Both the position numbers and the translations under genes were made by a program. DNA of 64,000 bases from Anaerolineae bacterium. Lineage in GTDB: Bacteria; Chloroflexota; Anaerolineae; JAADDB01. Positions 62,939 to 64,000 of this stretch are shown here, piece by piece (the stretch's first letter is position 1; every line of letters begins with the position of its first letter). The notes beneath the pieces were generated by a model. The model ran no database searches. It worked only from the letters and a program-made list of their open reading frames with translations, and was not told where the DNA came from. The stretch is from assembly GCA_015490995.1 (NCBI GenBank), contig WFWT01000041.1, positions 1,056 through 65,055 on the forward strand, in the 5' to 3' direction.

Positions 62939-64000
62939 GGTTTTGGAACAAGCCTTAACCCACTTGCGCGACAATCCACAGGGCTATGACCCCCTGCGGG
63001 ATGACCGGCTGCCGCGGGAACAGCGACAGCACATAGCCCCCTTGGTGGAGACCGCCCGCCAGCTGTTGCTTACCCCGCGCCCGCAACCGCCCGCCGATGC
63101 CGTCCACCACGCCCGCACACGGATGCACGCCGCCCTGGCCCAACGTCGCCGCCGTTTGGGAGTTTTTCTCCTCAGCTGGCCGGAGTGGCTGGCACCCGTC
63201 CACCGACGAGTGGAACCGGTCCTGAACTGGGCTGTGGCCGGCCTTCTGGTGCTGGTGGTTACGCTCATTTCGGGAATAGGCGCGTACAGCCTAGCCCAGG
63301 AGAGCCTCCCCGGAGAGCCATTGTACCCTGTCAAGCGATGGGGAGAGCGCGTAACGCTCACCCTGGCTTCGCCCGAGGAGGTGCCCCGCCTCCGGGCACA
63401 GCTCGCCCTCCGCCGGGTGGAAGAATTCACGACCTTGGCCGCTCAAGGGACCCTGAAGCCCGAATTGCTGGAAGAATACACCGCGGAGTTAACCGCCCTC
63501 CAGACTGCCTGGCAAACCCTGCCGTCAGACCAACAGGCTGTCGTTCAACCGGACGTTGTCCGTACCCTGGAACAGGCCCGAACCCGACTGAACACCGCTG
63601 CTGCCCAAACGCCAACGCCCTTACCGGAGATAACTCAAGCACTGGAGGCCACGTCCGCCGCGCTGAACACGGTGGTCGTTCCCGTTCCCCCCATAACCCC
63701 TACGCCCACGGCGACTTCGGCCATGACGCCTACTCCTACTGTGACTCCGCCTACCGCGCCTCCCCCTACCCCAACCGCACCGTTGTTGCTTCCCACGGCA
63801 TCGCCCACACCTTCACCTACCGTGCCCCAACCCACCATTTCCCCTGTCGGGCCAGATCGGAATGCGGTTACCCCCACGCAGGAACAACCCTTGGAAATAC
63901 CCCCTCTGTCTCCCACACCCACACCGACACAGACGTGGACGCCAACAGCCACACCGGAACCCCTTACCGTTGTGCCGACCCCGACGATCCCCGGGACGGC
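62922..64000 (+). CDS. putative anti-sigma factor (single TM, DUF5667-like region, Pro/Thr-rich tail), 3' end cut by window edge
   Basis: Not in the ORF track because there is no stop in the window. I translated from ATG 62922 (17-nt overlap with the sigma gene): MNVDPEVLEQALTHLRDNP...; the frame was checked codon by codon as far as 63660, and the Pro/Thr-rich tail to the window edge was read as continuous sequence with no stop seen. TM segment VLNWAVAGLLVLVVTLISGIGAY, then LYPVKRWGERVTL, then PTPTPT-rich sequence. Confidence 0.65.
   Translation, partial: MNVDPEVLEQALTHLRDNPQGYDPLRDDRLPREQRQHIAPLVETARQLLLTPRPQPPADAVHHARTRMHAALAQRRRRLGVFLLSWPEWLAPVHRRVEPVLNWAVAGLLVLVVTLISGIGAYSLAQESLPGEPLYPVKRWGERVTLTLASPEEVPRLRAQLALRRVEEFTTLAAQGTLKPELLEEYTAELTALQTAWQTLPSDQQAVVQPDVVRTLEQARTRLNTAAAQTPTPLPEITQALEATSAALNTVVVPVPPITPTPTATSAMTPTPTVTPPTAPPPTPTAPLLLPTASPTPSPTVPQPTISPVGPDRNAVTPTQEQPLEIPPLSPTPTPTQTWTPTATPEPLTVVPTPTIPGT

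Noticed and set aside
63660-64000. Repetitive ACGCC/CCCAC-rich DNA that superficially looks like a repeat array
   Set aside because: It is in-frame Pro/Thr-rich low-complexity coding sequence of the anti-sigma gene. It has no fixed-length repeat/spacer organisation, so it is not CRISPR.
1-64000. tRNA/rRNA genes, mobile elements, toxin-antitoxin or defence systems
   Set aside because: None of the intergenic gaps (all under 470 bp) contains a tRNA-like GGTTCGAATCC/T-arm pattern. I recognised no transposase, integrase, recombinase, restriction, nuclease-helicase or Cas-like protein in any ORF.

Overview
This is a GC-rich, very gene-dense bacterial chromosomal segment with about 55 protein genes, and both window edges cut a gene. 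I recognised no rRNA, tRNA, CRISPR array, transposase, integrase or phage gene. The protein style (lipoprotein and Tat-lipoprotein ABC binding proteins, Pro/Thr-rich linkers, GT-C membrane proteins) suggests a thermophilic Chloroflexota-like organism, but that is inference only.

Content from left to right:
- envelope genes: a secreted protein, a GT4 glycosyltransferase and an AP-superfamily phosphodiesterase
- a LacI-linked disaccharide locus with a beta-phosphoglucomutase::GH65 phosphorylase fusion and a sugar ABC importer
- a complete Liv-type branched-chain amino-acid ABC operon
- an FGE-like enzyme divergent from a DUF411/CopG-like CxCC lipoprotein
- lysA followed by a PflX-type radical SAM gene, then an MFS transporter and a LysM lipoprotein
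- an SPFH protein followed by a GT-C / Wzz-like / GT-C triad
- a roughly 9 kb co-directional minus-strand block: hisS, a GH-A-like protein, nadK, a TPR/zinc-ribbon membrane protein, yqeB, a yqeC::mocA fusion and an FAD reductase
- a small ORF plus a priming glycosylphosphotransferase, then DUF1015 and asd
- thiI-tsaE-rsmD, then lexA with an SOS box inside its promoter
- an unknown 506 aa protein and a decayed adenine deaminase
- a BMP-family nucleoside ABC operon and a GntR regulator
- ygeY-ygeW-carbamate kinase, an HExxH membrane protein, thrC and an ECF sigma/anti-sigma pair

I did not find a clear-cut, self-contained novel system; there is no defence-like nuclease, helicase or toxin module. 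The best candidates for a second look are:
1. the split set of selenium/molybdenum-hydroxylase-linked genes (yqeB and yqeC::mocA at 32-34 kb; ygeY-ygeW-arcC at 56.6-59.9 kb) with no hydroxylase in the window, beside a nucleoside importer and a dead adenine deaminase
2. the GT-C / Wzz-like / GT-C membrane triad
3. three phased DnaA-box-like 12-mers at the pseudogene junction
4. the FGE-like/CopG-like pair
5. an orphan promoter-plus-terminator unit upstream of the glycan-priming genes

All family calls come from motif recognition by eye. No searches were run.
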